The translations under genes were made by a program, and so were the position numbers. Below the pieces are notes generated by a model, which saw only the letters and a list, made by a program, of their open reading frames with translations, did not search any database and had not been told where the DNA came from. This document shows positions 49,015 through 59,943 of a stretch of DNA of 64,000 nucleotides, one piece after another. Source of the stretch: Desulfurococcales archaeon (lineage in GTDB: Archaea > Thermoproteota > Thermoprotei_A > Sulfolobales > Desulfurococcaceae); the NCBI GenBank assembly GCA_027022365.1, contig JALVYU010000026.1, forward strand, positions 512,001-576,000, written 5' to 3'. The stretch's first letter is position 1. The number at the start of each line of letters is the position of its first letter.

Positions 49015-50336
49015 GGTTTAAAGCCTAACTGTAGTCTCTCGAGAATGTTCTTTCTCTTTCTCAATTGTCTTGCAAGTCTTTTCATGGCCTGATATTGTTT
49101 CAATAACTCCTTAACATCTTCAGGCCTAACGCCGGCTCCGAGGGCTATTCTCCTTATTCGTCTCCTATCTATTATCTCGGGCTTATCTAGCTCCTCGTAG
49201 GTCATGGAATTAATTATCGCGATCCATTTCTTTATTCTCTCCTCGGCTTTACCTGCTTCAAACTCTAGTGGAAGCTTCATGCTTAGCCCAGGGATCATCT
49301 GAAGTATTTTGCTTAGCGGCCCCATTTTTCTTAGACTGATAAGTTGTTTATAGATTATCCTCATATTAAGTTTTCCTGATACGAAGTCCTCGATATCCTT
49401 CTCAGTAAATTCTACCTGTATCCTTTTCACTCTCTCAACAAGAGCCTCTAGGTCACCCATTCCTAAGATGCGCGCAACGAATTTCGGTGGCTTAAAGACT
49501 TCTAGCTCGTCAAGTTTCTCGCCAGTACCTACGAACTTGATTGTTGCCCCGGTTACTGCTACTGCTGATAAGGCTCCACCGCCCTTAGCTGTGCCGTCCA
49601 GCTTGGTTATAATGATTGAGCCTATTGGCGTTGCTTCGTGGAATTTTTTAGCTATATTGTATGCCTGTTGGCCTATCGCTGCATCTATCACTAGGACGAC
49701 CTCGTCAGGATTAATGGTCTTACTGATCTGGTTCATCTCTGCGAGTAGGTCTTCTTCGCGGTGATGCCTGCCAGCTGTGTCGACAATGATTATATCGAAG
49801 CCTTTGTCCACGAAGTACTTAACTCCGTTTCTCGCGATTGCTACCGAGTTCTTGTTTCCGGGCTCGCCATATACCGGGACCCCGGCTTTTTCGGCGAGTT
49901 GTTTTAACTGCTCATATGCGGCTGGCCTATATGTATCGGCTGCTACTAGTCCGACCCTATATCCGTCTAGCTTATAGTAGTATGCGAGTTTTCCGGCCGT
50001 CGTTGTTTTTCCGCTGCCCTGAAGTCCGACTAGGAGGATTACCCATGGCTTTTTCTTAGGTTTGACTTGAGGCTTCTTTTCTCCTCCGAATAGCTTTGTT
50101 AGTTCTTCATATACTATCGTTACGAACCATTCACGCCTCGTAATACCTGGTGGAGGCTCTTCTTTTAGGGCTCTCTCCCTGATCTTCCTGGTAAGCTCCG
50201 CGACGATCCTTATGTTAACGTCGGCGCGGATGAGTTCTTTCTGTAGCTCTTTGATGAACTCCTTGACAGCTTTCTCATAGTCGCCTTTTCCTCTTAGAAA
50301 GGATGCTAGTGCTTTCCGTACACCCTCCAATACCAT
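49011..50336 (-). CDS. srp54: Signal recognition particle protein
   Basis: GLQGSGKTTT, DTAGR, TKLDG and M-domain. Confidence 0.97.
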   Translation of the reverse strand: MVLEGVRKALASFLRGKGDYEKAVKEFIKELQKELIRADVNIRIVAELTRKIRERALKEEPPPGITRREWFVTIVYEELTKLFGGEKKPQVKPKKKPWVILLVGLQGSGKTTTAGKLAYYYKLDGYRVGLVAADTYRPAAYEQLKQLAEKAGVPVYGEPGNKNSVAIARNGVKYFVDKGFDIIIVDTAGRHHREEDLLAEMNQISKTINPDEVVLVIDAAIGQQAYNIAKKFHEATPIGSIIITKLDGTAKGGGALSAVAVTGATIKFVGTGEKLDELEVFKPPKFVARILGMGDLEALVERVKRIQVEFTEKDIEDFVSGKLNMRIIYKQLISLRKMGPLSKILQMIPGLSMKLPLEFEAGKAEERIKKWIAIINSMTYEELDKPEIIDRRRIRRIALGAGVRPEDVKELLKQYQAMKRLARQLRKRKNILERLQLGFKP

Positions 50337-50399
50337 TTCATCATACCTCGTGAACCATACTGGGATAGAGGAGTGTCTCACAGGTTTATATAGTGTGTT

Positions 50400-50512
50400 T
50401 GGTGCGGGGGGTGGGATTTGAACCCACGCCGGCCTACGCCAGCGGATCTCCCCCTAGGTGGTAAGCCGTTGTCTTGAGTCCGCCCCCTTCGACCAGGCTC
50501 GGGCACCCCCGC
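50400..50512 (-). tRNA. tRNA-Leu(CAA) with 25-nt intron (50448-50472)
   Basis: Cloverleaf with long variable arm and CCA; insertion after position 37. Confidence 0.88.
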
Positions 50513-50585
50513 ACCATACTATGGTAATTCGGTAAGGGGATTTATATTTAAGGTAGTTCCTAATGCCTTCATAGGCGGTGATTAT

Positions 50586-51638
50586 ATGGAGTTAGCCTAT
50601 AGCGTTAATCCTGGAATAGAGGATATCGTTGCCGAGGAAGTTGTTGCGGAAATGGGTGGCACTACGAGCTACCATATGATGTCAGGCTACGTGTTCCATA
50701 AGCCTGCGAGCTTCAATGAATATGCGATAATGAGGCTTAGAAGCATAAATAGAGCCTACATACTGCTGTGGCGTGGTAAAGTTGGAGAGAAACCGGATGA
50801 TCTAATAAGGATTAGAGATAGGCTAGTGGATGAAATGGAAGGTTTAGAAGAATACATCACACCTAGCACGAGTTTCGCTGTATCAGCTGAGAGAGTTGGA
50901 ACACATGAGTTCACATCAATGGATATTGCCAGAATAATCGGTGATGTAGTGATAAGATACATTGAGAGGATCCATGGGAAAAGACCGCCTGTGGATCTAC
51001 GTAAGCCTCACGTCGTTGTTTTCGCGTTTCAGCGTTTCGACGAATTACTAGTAGGTGTTTCACTCACAGGTACAAGGAGCATGCATAGGCGGGGATATAG
51101 AGTATATGATCACCCAGCAGCTCTTAAGCCCACATTAGCCTACGCCATGCTAAGACTATCGGGTACTAGAGACCACGACGTCATAATCGATCCTATGTGT
51201 GGTGGAGGGACCATTCCCATAGAGGCTGCCCTCATCCATGAGGACGCTGAGATAAAAGGTCTTGATAAGAACCCTCACCATATAATGGGTGCTAGACTAA
51301 ATGCTCTTGCCGCAGGTGTCAGTAACAGGGTATTCTTCGGAGTATGGGATGCACGTAGACTCCACGAGCTCTCGGTAGAGTTTGACCATATAATTTCCAA
51401 TCCACCCTACGGGATAAGATATGGTAGTCCTTCAACTGTTCGTAGGCTCTATAAGGACTTCTTAGCATCCGCATCGAGATGTCTGAGCAATCGAGGAAGA
51501 ATAACAATAATTACGACCGAATATAACTTCGTAAACAAAGTTATTGATGAACTAGGGCTTATCAGAGTGCATGAACGAACAGTACACCATGGAAGTCTAT
51601 ATCCACATATTATCGTCCTCGAGAAAAGAAGTAGCTAG
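50586..51638 (+). CDS. trm14: THUMP-domain tRNA m2G6 methyltransferase
   Basis: HRRGYR, DPMCGGGTI and NPPYG. Confidence 0.88.
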   Translation: MELAYSVNPGIEDIVAEEVVAEMGGTTSYHMMSGYVFHKPASFNEYAIMRLRSINRAYILLWRGKVGEKPDDLIRIRDRLVDEMEGLEEYITPSTSFAVSAERVGTHEFTSMDIARIIGDVVIRYIERIHGKRPPVDLRKPHVVVFAFQRFDELLVGVSLTGTRSMHRRGYRVYDHPAALKPTLAYAMLRLSGTRDHDVIIDPMCGGGTIPIEAALIHEDAEIKGLDKNPHHIMGARLNALAAGVSNRVFFGVWDARRLHELSVEFDHIISNPPYGIRYGSPSTVRRLYKDFLASASRCLSNRGRITIITTEYNFVNKVIDELGLIRVHERTVHHGSLYPHIIVLEKRSS

Positions 51639-51727
51639 ACATAGTTTTACCGAGATAGAGAATATTTATAAAATATCTCCAAACTCTAACACATTAGAGC
51701 TGAATGTAGATAGAGAAGTGGTGAAAT

Positions 51728-52252
51728 ATGCCCCTAAGACCAGCACGATGCTATACACACTTCAGCGGTCCACCTTACACGAGGAAAGAGTATATACCGG
51801 GAGTGCCACAGCCCAAGATCGTCAAGTTTGAAATGGGGAATGTTCACGGCGATTATGATTACGTTGCAGAACTTGTAATGATCGAGGCTGGACAGATAAG
51901 ACATAATGCATTAGAAGCAGCGCGTGTAATGGCGAACAAATATCTCAGCACAAATGTGGGCGAAAACAACTACTTCCTAAAAGTAAGGGTTTATCCTCAC
52001 CATGTATTGAGAGAAAACAAGATGATGGCGTTCGCTGGTGCAGACCGTCTACAGGATGGAATGAGACAGGCATTCGGAAAGCCAATAGGAACTGCAGCAA
52101 GAGTATATCCAGGAACAGTGGTAATGGAGGTACGCATAAAGAAAGAACATGTTGAACACGCCAAAGAAGCATTAAGGAGAGCAGCCTCTAAACTACCATT
52201 ACCAGCAAGGATTAGATTCAAACCATTAAAACCAGGTCTAAAACCAGTCTGA
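51728..52252 (+). CDS. rpl10e: 50S ribosomal protein uL16 (L10e)
   Basis: [16 protein letters not shown]. Confidence 0.97.
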   Translation: MPLRPARCYTHFSGPPYTRKEYIPGVPQPKIVKFEMGNVHGDYDYVAELVMIEAGQIRHNALEAARVMANKYLSTNVGENNYFLKVRVYPHHVLRENKMMAFAGADRLQDGMRQAFGKPIGTAARVYPGTVVMEVRIKKEHVEHAKEALRRAASKLPLPARIRFKPLKPGLKPV

Positions 52253-52382
52253 TTTTACAATCACAAATATGATAATGGATTAAAGAATACGCCCTATTCA
52301 GTACTCTATTCTATAATTCCAGTGATTTTCGTCATCTGGGCCGGACAACCTAGATAATTATGCCTCAAGTAAGAATCAAATA

Positions 52383-53426
52383 GTGATGAGTATGGTAAAA
52401 ATTAGTGATCTCTATGAGCTAGATCTGAATATGCTAGGGAAATTTATCATTGAGAACAATGTGAAGAGACTATTACTACAAGCTCCGGATGGGCTTAAAT
52501 CCCTCCTACATGAACTTGTTTTGTTTATGAAGAAAAATTTCCCGGAGGTCAAACTAACAATTTCGGGCGAGCCATGGTATGGTTCTTGCATGCTTAGAAC
52601 CGATGAAATTGATACTATGGACGTAGACGCTGTTGTACACGTTGGTCATAATAGATATCCTTGGCTATACAAGGATCTCCCGATCCCAGTACTGTATATG
52701 CCGGCTTATTATTCCGGAGAACCCTCGGATAAGTTGGTCGATGAAATAATACAAACTATATATAGTAAGAACATAGGACTGGTTGCAAGCATACAATATA
52801 TACGTTATCTTAGCAGATTAGCAGATCACCTTAATCGAAAAGGCTATGTTATACATATCGGTGAGCCATCGAATCCGTGGATGGAGAAGGGACAAGTGCT
52901 TGGATGTGAATATAGTGCCGCTCTAAATATACGTGGAAAGACCAAGATATTTATCGTCGTTTCTGGGGGGAAATTCCATGCTCTAGGCTTATCATTGATT
53001 TTGAGAAACCATCTTGTCTATGGACTCGATCCTCATAGGGAACGTATATGGAATGCGTCTAAATACTCTGAAAAAATTCTGAAGATTAGATACTACAAAA
53101 TATATGAATTATTGAAGAGAGATATCCAGAGAATAGCCTTAATAACATCGCCAACACTCGGTCAATACAGGTTATCACTTTTGAATTATCTAGAAAGTCT
53201 TCTCAATAAGCACAATGTTCAGTACCTTGTTTTCTCAGTTTCAATGGTAGATAAGGACAGGATAGCATCAATTGATAACGCGTTTAGTCCTGACGCGTTT
53301 GTCATAACGAGCTGCCCTAGGCTCCCAATAGATGATTTATCCGATTATCATAAACCGGTAATAACACCTGGAGAACTTATAATGGTGCTCAAAAAAGAGC
53401 TTAGCGAATACATGTTTCCTTGGTGA
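52383..53426 (+). CDS. dph2: Diphthamide biosynthesis enzyme
   Basis: LQAPDG, GSC, GQVLGC and CPRL. Confidence 0.92.
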   Translation: MMSMVKISDLYELDLNMLGKFIIENNVKRLLLQAPDGLKSLLHELVLFMKKNFPEVKLTISGEPWYGSCMLRTDEIDTMDVDAVVHVGHNRYPWLYKDLPIPVLYMPAYYSGEPSDKLVDEIIQTIYSKNIGLVASIQYIRYLSRLADHLNRKGYVIHIGEPSNPWMEKGQVLGCEYSAALNIRGKTKIFIVVSGGKFHALGLSLILRNHLVYGLDPHRERIWNASKYSEKILKIRYYKIYELLKRDIQRIALITSPTLGQYRLSLLNYLESLLNKHNVQYLVFSVSMVDKDRIASIDNAFSPDAFVITSCPRLPIDDLSDYHKPVITPGELIMVLKKELSEYMFPW

Positions 53427-53456
53427 GATCTCGGAGAAACTGTATACGTCGAAATA

Positions 53457-54335
53457 TTATTTCTTCATACTATCTCCTCTGTGGATGGGGTGATACGGTC
53501 TGGGCAGGTATTCGACTCCGGGCCTGTACTGCAGTGCTTGTGGATATAGCTCCATAAGCTCATAGACCTCGGGCGGTATCTCGTCTTTGACCGGCAGGCC
53601 TAGTTCTTTAGCTTCTTCGAAGGTTATTGGGTAGTCATGGGTATAGTATCCCTCGGTAAGCTTCTTAGCTATTTCTTCGGCTTTCTCGTCGGGCATTCTA
53701 CCCTTAAGGATCTTCTTGATAAAGTCCTGCATTTCTCTCAGTGCTTTCTCAGCAATATCGGCATATATCAGGATCTCATCGCTCGCTTTTTCTCCCTTTA
53801 TCTTCGCGATCTTTATCAGACTCGGAGCGGGGAACGTGCCTTTCGGTGTAGGTAGCTGTGGATCGAGAGGGCCGAGAACTGCATGGCGATCTAACAGTAT
53901 TTCGTCAGCAGCCAGAGCTATAAGCGTTCCACCGCTCATAGCATAGTGGGGGACTATTACTATCTTTTTTGCTGGATGACTTCTCAGAGCCATTGCTATC
54001 TGGGAAGCCGCTAGAACTAGTCCTCCAGGCGTATGTAGTATTAGTGCTATTGGTTGTTCGGGCGGAGTAGTTCTTATAGCCCGTATGATGGCCTCGGAAT
54101 CCTCTATGTCTATGAACCTATAAACAGGAATGCCCAAGAACCCTATCTTCTCCTGCCTATGTATCATCGTGATAACGCGCCATCCATACTTTCTCTCAAG
54201 AGCCCGGATCACGCGTAGCCTTGCGCTCAACAATGCCTTATACTGGAGCTGTGGATGAATTAACACATAGAGTAGTAGGAGCCAAAACAATAAACTAATA
54301 ATGTCTCCGAAGCCATCCAATTTCGTTACACCCAA
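53457..54335 (-). CDS. ClpP-like SDH family serine protease (DUF114)
   Basis: HTPGG, AMSGGTL and THDYP. Confidence 0.9.
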   Translation of the reverse strand: MGVTKLDGFGDIISLLFWLLLLYVLIHPQLQYKALLSARLRVIRALERKYGWRVITMIHRQEKIGFLGIPVYRFIDIEDSEAIIRAIRTTPPEQPIALILHTPGGLVLAASQIAMALRSHPAKKIVIVPHYAMSGGTLIALAADEILLDRHAVLGPLDPQLPTPKGTFPAPSLIKIAKIKGEKASDEILIYADIAEKALREMQDFIKKILKGRMPDEKAEEIAKKLTEGYYTHDYPITFEEAKELGLPVKDEIPPEVYELMELYPQALQYRPGVEYLPRPYHPIHRGDSMKK

Positions 54336-54361
54336 ATTTTTCCTAATGGTGACTGATTAAT

Positions 54362-55006
54362 ATGCTTTATAACACTAGACTGAATAAAAGAAACCTTGAA
54401 TCGGTTCTTGAGCAGATACCAGGTTTTAGTACACCTAAGAGATCTTTAGAACAATATGTAACGCCTTCTAACCTAGCAGCGGAGATCCTATGGTTAGCGT
54501 ACATGCACGGCGACATATCTGGAAAGACAATTGCAGATCTAGGATGTGGGACTCTGAGACTGGCGATAGGTGCTTTGATTCTAGGAGCTAAAAGGGTATT
54601 AGCTATCGATATTGACTGTAGTGTTTTAACCAGTGCATTAAGAATAAATGAAAATTTCTTGAAAATATTCGGTCATAAGATCATCATGGTGTGCTCTGAT
54701 GTCAGGGAAGCCTATACGAATCATGTGGACACAGTCATTATGAATCCCCCATTCGGTGTCTATCGGAAGAACCGGGGACTAGACATAATCTTTCTAAAGA
54801 AAGCATTCGAAATAGCCAATTCTGTCTACTCTATCCATAAGTATAGTCCTGGGCTTCATAGACTAGTCCAAGTATTATCCGACAGTTATGGTTTCAGGAT
54901 AATCGATGAGAAAATAAGGGATCTAATGATACCTATGATTTTCAAAACACATACCAGACGCATATATAGGGTTAAAGCTGTTATCTACATATTCAGGAAA
55001 TCATAG
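54362..55006 (+). CDS. METTL5-like RNA methyltransferase
   Basis: LEQYVTP, DLGCG and NPPFG. Confidence 0.9.
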   Translation: MLYNTRLNKRNLESVLEQIPGFSTPKRSLEQYVTPSNLAAEILWLAYMHGDISGKTIADLGCGTLRLAIGALILGAKRVLAIDIDCSVLTSALRINENFLKIFGHKIIMVCSDVREAYTNHVDTVIMNPPFGVYRKNRGLDIIFLKKAFEIANSVYSIHKYSPGLHRLVQVLSDSYGFRIIDEKIRDLMIPMIFKTHTRRIYRVKAVIYIFRKS

Positions 55007-55044
55007 TTCCCAGACAAGGATTCGAAGAAATATGGTGGAACGGT

Positions 55045-55614
55045 ATGGAGAAACCAAGACAAGGTATGCCTGTAACTCCCGGCGATTATCTTGGTGTGGA
55101 GGAAGAATACTTTCCAGGCTATGGAGCATACATCGACGATGAAGGGAACATTAGGTCTCAGCTTGTTGGGAGAGTATTAATAGATATTGTCAAAAGGACG
55201 ATTGAAGTAAGACAAGTCAGGGGTAAGCCGATCATACCAAGGCCCGGTGATGTTGTACTAGGTATTGTTGAGACGGTATCTAATGACCTAGCATTTATCA
55301 GGATATACAATATCGAGAACAAGCCCTCGCGTTCCACAGATTTCACTGGTGTACTGCATATATCACAGGTGAGCAACGAATATGTTGAAACAATGTATGA
55401 TGTGTTGCGACTGGGAGATGTTGTAAGAGCTAAGGTATTGAATAGTCTGCAACCATTCCAGTTAAATACTAAACACCCATCTTTCGGAGTAGTAGTTGCT
55501 TTCTGTAGCAAATGTGGAGAAATACTAAAGCTGAAAGATGACAGACTTATTTGCCCTGTCTGTGGAAGCGTCGAGAAGCGGAAGATAAGCTCTAAGTATT
55601 TCTTCAGGTGGTAA
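55045..55614 (+). CDS. csl4: Exosome subunit Csl4
   Basis: S1 domain plus Zn ribbon. Confidence 0.92.
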   Translation: MEKPRQGMPVTPGDYLGVEEEYFPGYGAYIDDEGNIRSQLVGRVLIDIVKRTIEVRQVRGKPIIPRPGDVVLGIVETVSNDLAFIRIYNIENKPSRSTDFTGVLHISQVSNEYVETMYDVLRLGDVVRAKVLNSLQPFQLNTKHPSFGVVVAFCSKCGEILKLKDDRLICPVCGSVEKRKISSKYFFRW

Positions 55615-55615
55615 A

Positions 55616-56263
55616 TTGCCCCTTCTTAAGAGGAGCTTCTATATCAAATGTCATGGTGATGAATGCCTTAAACTAGTCGAGCTGATCCGTGATAAGGCAC
55701 CAGCGGTTGAAACGATGAACATAACAATAGAGCAGTCCGGACTTAGGATAGACATGTATGGATATAAATCAGATGTACGCAATGCTTGGATCTATATAAA
55801 AAGACTAGTATCCGCATATAAATCTGCCATTGTTGAAAAGAGGGGATTAAGAGAAATAAGTATCGATTTCCTTGTCGAAAAAGTTGGACGTACATTTCCT
55901 CCGCGGCTCCTAGAGTTTATTGTCAGGAAGAAAGGTCATAAAGCCCGTGTTGAGGGAGATAGGATAATCACGGATGCTGATCTAGATGAAATCATCGATA
56001 CAATTAAGAGAATAGTAGAAGTACTAGATAAAATACACTTCAGTGTGAAAGGTACCGCGTGTAAGTACTTCATTGTGGCCTCAGCCCTCATGGCCAATAA
56101 GAGCTACCAAGCAATTATTGAGGAGGGTTTACGAGCCCATATACTCGACAAGGATGAAGATAGAAGAATTATACTCAAGAAAGAGTGGCGTTCAGCCGTA
56201 GATCAGATCCTTAAAGTCCTAGACAGTGCGAATAATATAAAAGACAATAACTACGCCCTATAA
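55616..56263 (+). CDS. DUF2067-like protein
   Basis: Synteny between csl4 and rpoL. Confidence 0.7.
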   Translation: MPLLKRSFYIKCHGDECLKLVELIRDKAPAVETMNITIEQSGLRIDMYGYKSDVRNAWIYIKRLVSAYKSAIVEKRGLREISIDFLVEKVGRTFPPRLLEFIVRKKGHKARVEGDRIITDADLDEIIDTIKRIVEVLDKIHFSVKGTACKYFIVASALMANKSYQAIIEEGLRAHILDKDEDRRIILKKEWRSAVDQILKVLDSANNIKDNNYAL

Positions 56264-56296
56264 TATTTTGAACGTACTCATTATTGGTGGAACGCC

Positions 56297-56572
56297 ATGA
56301 ACGTAGAGGTAAAGCGCGTTACGGATAACGAAATAATAATCATTATTGAGGGCGAAGACGATACCATAGGCAACTTGATAGCAAAATCAGCTGTCCAACA
56401 CCCTAACGTTGTCTATGCAACATACAGAATACCTCATCCTCTCGAGAGAAAAGTCGAAATAATAATAAGTGTAGATAAGAATGCCGATCTTGGAAGTACT
56501 ATCTCGGAGATAATTCAGAATATCAAAGAGCAACTAGAGGAGTTCAAAAAGAAAATCGATGAAGCTTTATGA
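56297..56572 (+). CDS. rpoL: RNA polymerase subunit Rpo11 (L)
   Basis: GEDDTIGN and YRIPHPL. Confidence 0.93.
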   Translation: MNVEVKRVTDNEIIIIIEGEDDTIGNLIAKSAVQHPNVVYATYRIPHPLERKVEIIISVDKNADLGSTISEIIQNIKEQLEEFKKKIDEAL

Positions 56573-56883
56573 AAACCGAGTCAAGGCTATTAGTCATCAG
56601 CCATTGTAGAGACTATATTATAGGAATCGTTTATCGAAGAAACAGTGTTGAGGAAATATATTTTGAGAAAAACACAAAGGTTCTACCTGGAAGATTCACA
56701 GATAAACTAAAGACAAGAGATGAGATTACATACTGTATTTCATGTGATTCCTTATTAGACCCAGTAAATTGTAAACACAGAATATTTGCTAGTGCCTCGG
56801 ATAATCTTGAGATCCTGCTAGAGAGATGCCGAGATCACGATTCAATCTGTGAGGTTATCAAGAGTACTATGATAAAACGTTAA
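56569..56883 (+). CDS. Hypothetical protein
   Basis: ATGA-coupled ORF. Confidence 0.55.
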   Translation: MKTESRLLVISHCRDYIIGIVYRRNSVEEIYFEKNTKVLPGRFTDKLKTRDEITYCISCDSLLDPVNCKHRIFASASDNLEILLERCRDHDSICEVIKSTMIKR

Positions 56884-56987
56884 AACACTAGTACTTCTGC
56901 GTCATTAGCAGAGAATACTGCTAATAAACCGGTAAGATACATTACATTACTTCAAACAAGAAGTAGCAGGCATAAGGGCTGATAGAA

Positions 56988-57335
56988 TTGCCGAGATTTT
57001 GTCCAAAATGTGGGGGCTTGATGAAGCCTGTCAGGAAAAAAGATGGTGTCTATCTAGTTTGTATGAGATGCGGGTATGCCGCTAAGGCATCAACAGCTGA
57101 TCTCAAGGGATACAGGATCTCTAGGAAAATAATGCATACTGAAAAAGAAAAAACCATCGTGATAACCGAAGAAGATCGTCTGAGAGGCCTCCCTATTACA
57201 AAAGAAGTAACTTGTCCAAAATGTGGGTTTCACGAAGCGTATTATTGGATGATACAAACCAGGGCGGCTGACGAGCCTCCCACGAGATTCTATAGATGTA
57301 GAAGATGCGGCTATGTATGGAGGGAGTATGAATAA
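56988..57335 (+). CDS. tfs: Transcription factor S
   Basis: Two Zn ribbons, QTRAADEP. Confidence 0.95.
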   Translation: MPRFCPKCGGLMKPVRKKDGVYLVCMRCGYAAKASTADLKGYRISRKIMHTEKEKTIVITEEDRLRGLPITKEVTCPKCGFHEAYYWMIQTRAADEPPTRFYRCRRCGYVWREYE

Positions 57336-57523
57336 TGTGTAGTGCTCCACCACAAACATGTGTAGATGTTAGCGAGATATTCGCTATGCTGAGGCAACTC
57401 GAGGATATGCTTAGCGAGGCATATTTTGTAACGCCACAACATATTGCATCGAGGCCTCTTATTTATAGATCATTACTGCTTGTTCGTTCTCTAATGAAAG
57501 AATATTGTCAGAGCAGGTCTTAG
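57335..57523 (+). CDS. Small hypothetical protein
   Basis: TAATG-coupled 62-aa ORF. Confidence 0.45.
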   Translation: MCSAPPQTCVDVSEIFAMLRQLEDMLSEAYFVTPQHIASRPLIYRSLLLVRSLMKEYCQSRS

Positions 57524-57579
57524 AGAATCTATTAATATCGAGTAAAGATTATTCATAAAATGTACAGTACACCGTTCTT

Positions 57580-58338
57580 ATGGGTGATATTTTGAGGCTC
57601 AGATTCATTGACGCCAGAGTATGGAGATATGCAATGAACGCTATCGGCAAGATAATAGATGAGGCAGCGTTTCGTTTCACCGAGGATGGATTGAGGCTAA
57701 GAGCTATCGATGCATCGAGAATCGTGATGGTAGACTTTACAATGAATAGAGAAAGCTTTGACGAATACGAAGTAAATAAAGAAGAAGTTGTTGGCGTGAA
57801 TATGGAGGATCTGGTTAAGATCCTGAGGAGAGCGGTGAAGGAGGATCAGCTTGAGCTAGAGACCTTGGAGGCTGGAAGGCTGGCTGTAAGTTTTATCGGT
57901 AAGGGCCGTAGAACTTTCATAATTCCAAGCCTAGAGACTTTAGCTGAAGAACTACCGGAGCTAAATATACCGTTCACCGTTCATGTAAAGATGCTTCCTT
58001 CAGTATTCAGAGATGTTGTAAAAGAACTTGAACCGATCAGTGATGCAATAGAGTTTATCGTTAAGAAAGATGAAAGGAAGATAATCGCCAAAGCATCGGG
58101 AGATATAGTCGAGGCGGAAATTGAGCTTACGGAAGAGAGTGGTGCATTAATAGAATTCAACGCCAAAGAAGACGCTAGGGCGGTATATACAATTGATTAC
58201 CTCTCAGATATATCGGCGGCTGCCCAGGCGGCTAACGAACTGGTATTAGAGCTAGCATCAGCTGTTCCATGCAAATTAGAATACATATTGCCTCAGGAAG
58301 GAAGGTTAGTGTTCTATGTCGCGCCCCGCGTCGAGTAA
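57580..58338 (+). CDS. pcn: PCNA sliding clamp
   Basis: AIDASRIVMV and FYVAPRVE. Confidence 0.95.
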   Translation: MGDILRLRFIDARVWRYAMNAIGKIIDEAAFRFTEDGLRLRAIDASRIVMVDFTMNRESFDEYEVNKEEVVGVNMEDLVKILRRAVKEDQLELETLEAGRLAVSFIGKGRRTFIIPSLETLAEELPELNIPFTVHVKMLPSVFRDVVKELEPISDAIEFIVKKDERKIIAKASGDIVEAEIELTEESGALIEFNAKEDARAVYTIDYLSDISAAAQAANELVLELASAVPCKLEYILPQEGRLVFYVAPRVE

Positions 58339-59452
58339 TCTTAGGCATTTAAAGAGTCTTTTCAGACAATACTACTCAACGGGCTGTCTAGAAGAGCCAG
58401 CGTATATTCATAGGAGAGAAATAGGCGTTCAACTAATAGGGGAGGCGACTTATCGTAGACACCTTTCTTTTCCTTCAATGACGATGTTGTACAAGTTCAT
58501 TATAGAAAATCCGCCACTACATCTTTACTATTCTTCAGCCTATTATGATGATCCTTCTGCGAAGGATATGGGGGCGAAGGGGTGGCGTGGCTCAGATCTG
58601 TTATTCGATATAGATGCGGATCACTACCAGGGATGCAATAAAGCAATAACTTTTTGCACTAAATGCGGCAAGAACTTCGAAGGAATACATAAACAATGCC
58701 CCTCATGCGGCTCTACAAATGTTATTGTTTATCCAATAATAGGTTTTGAATGTATTAAAAGAGCATATAATGATGCGATGAAAATACAGATTATATTGAA
58801 GGATGATTTCGGACTAAAGAATATTAAGGTATACTTTTCCGGGAATCGAGGATTCCATGTGAAGTGCTCTGATGACGAAATTCTCGACCTCACTAGTGAT
58901 GAAAGGAGAGAATTAGCAATGTATATATCATTAAACGGTTTAGAGCCTGCCTTGGTTTTTCCACCAATAACTAAAAGGAAGATCGTAATTTTTACCTCTC
59001 AAGAATATGGTATCAGAAAAAGAATTTTCATAGATTTGAACCGTAAAGACTTGTTGCGAAGAAGGGGCGCCTTATATGAAGCTGACTACACTGATGTATT
59101 ATACTCTATCGATGATAATCGAGTAGATATCGATACTGTTGTGACAATGGACATATCTCGGCTGTCACGTTTTGGCGGCTCAATTAATGGCAAGTCGGGA
59201 TTAGTTGTTTCCTCTATTAGCGAACAATTACCTAGTGGTTATGCAGAGTTTTCCCCATGGGATGGAACAATTGTTATTAAGCCAATCGTGGATTTCTCTG
59301 GTCTACCTGTTCTGGACAATAAACTTAACTTAAAGACCGGTATACCTATACGTGTTAAAACATATGTTGGACTATACCTAGCACTCAAAGGGCTTGCTAA
59401 AATAGAGAACATAGAGAGGGTGGAGATAAGGAAATGTATGATATCTTCCTGA
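58316..59452 (+). CDS. priS: DNA primase small subunit
   Basis: LFDIDAD, FSGNRGFH and D-x-x-VT motifs. Confidence 0.94.
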   Translation: MSRPASSNLRHLKSLFRQYYSTGCLEEPAYIHRREIGVQLIGEATYRRHLSFPSMTMLYKFIIENPPLHLYYSSAYYDDPSAKDMGAKGWRGSDLLFDIDADHYQGCNKAITFCTKCGKNFEGIHKQCPSCGSTNVIVYPIIGFECIKRAYNDAMKIQIILKDDFGLKNIKVYFSGNRGFHVKCSDDEILDLTSDERRELAMYISLNGLEPALVFPPITKRKIVIFTSQEYGIRKRIFIDLNRKDLLRRRGALYEADYTDVLYSIDDNRVDIDTVVTMDISRLSRFGGSINGKSGLVVSSISEQLPSGYAEFSPWDGTIVIKPIVDFSGLPVLDNKLNLKTGIPIRVKTYVGLYLALKGLAKIENIERVEIRKCMISS

Positions 59453-59928
59453 AGCTTGTTAGAGAGGAATTAACAACGGGAAAACTATTATCCCTACCTG
59501 ATGCGAAGATCAGTGATTTCCAAGACTTTATAAGATCATCTGTTACAATGCTACATAATACTCCGTTAGAATCGAGAAAATTCTTCATCGAAGCCTATAA
59601 GAAGGCTATACGTGATGCTGAGAATTTGTTAAGAATAAGGGTTGCCAAGATATGTCTCGGTGCAAGACATGATGGTGAAACGTATGATTCGGAAATGCTT
59701 AGCTCTATTAGTGCTATCATAGATTTTTACAGGGATCTTATTATTGGAGCATACATTATGCCTTCTAGGGATAGTGTCGTCGTTAAGTTCAAAACCGGTA
59801 TTGAGATTAGTGGTAGAAAATACAGAGCGGGTGATATAGCTCCTGTAGATATAAGAAAGGCGTTGGGTCTGTATATTCTCGGAGTAGCCGAACCTGTGAA
59901 ACAACCTATATTTTACCATTTACTATAG
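59434..59928 (+). CDS. GINS subunit (Gins51-like)
   Basis: LLRIRVAKI, C-terminal B-domain; synteny after priS. Confidence 0.75.
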   Translation: MYDIFLKLVREELTTGKLLSLPDAKISDFQDFIRSSVTMLHNTPLESRKFFIEAYKKAIRDAENLLRIRVAKICLGARHDGETYDSEMLSSISAIIDFYRDLIIGAYIMPSRDSVVVKFKTGIEISGRKYRAGDIAPVDIRKALGLYILGVAEPVKQPIFYHLL

Positions 59929-59943
59929 TTTTTGTTTGGTCTT

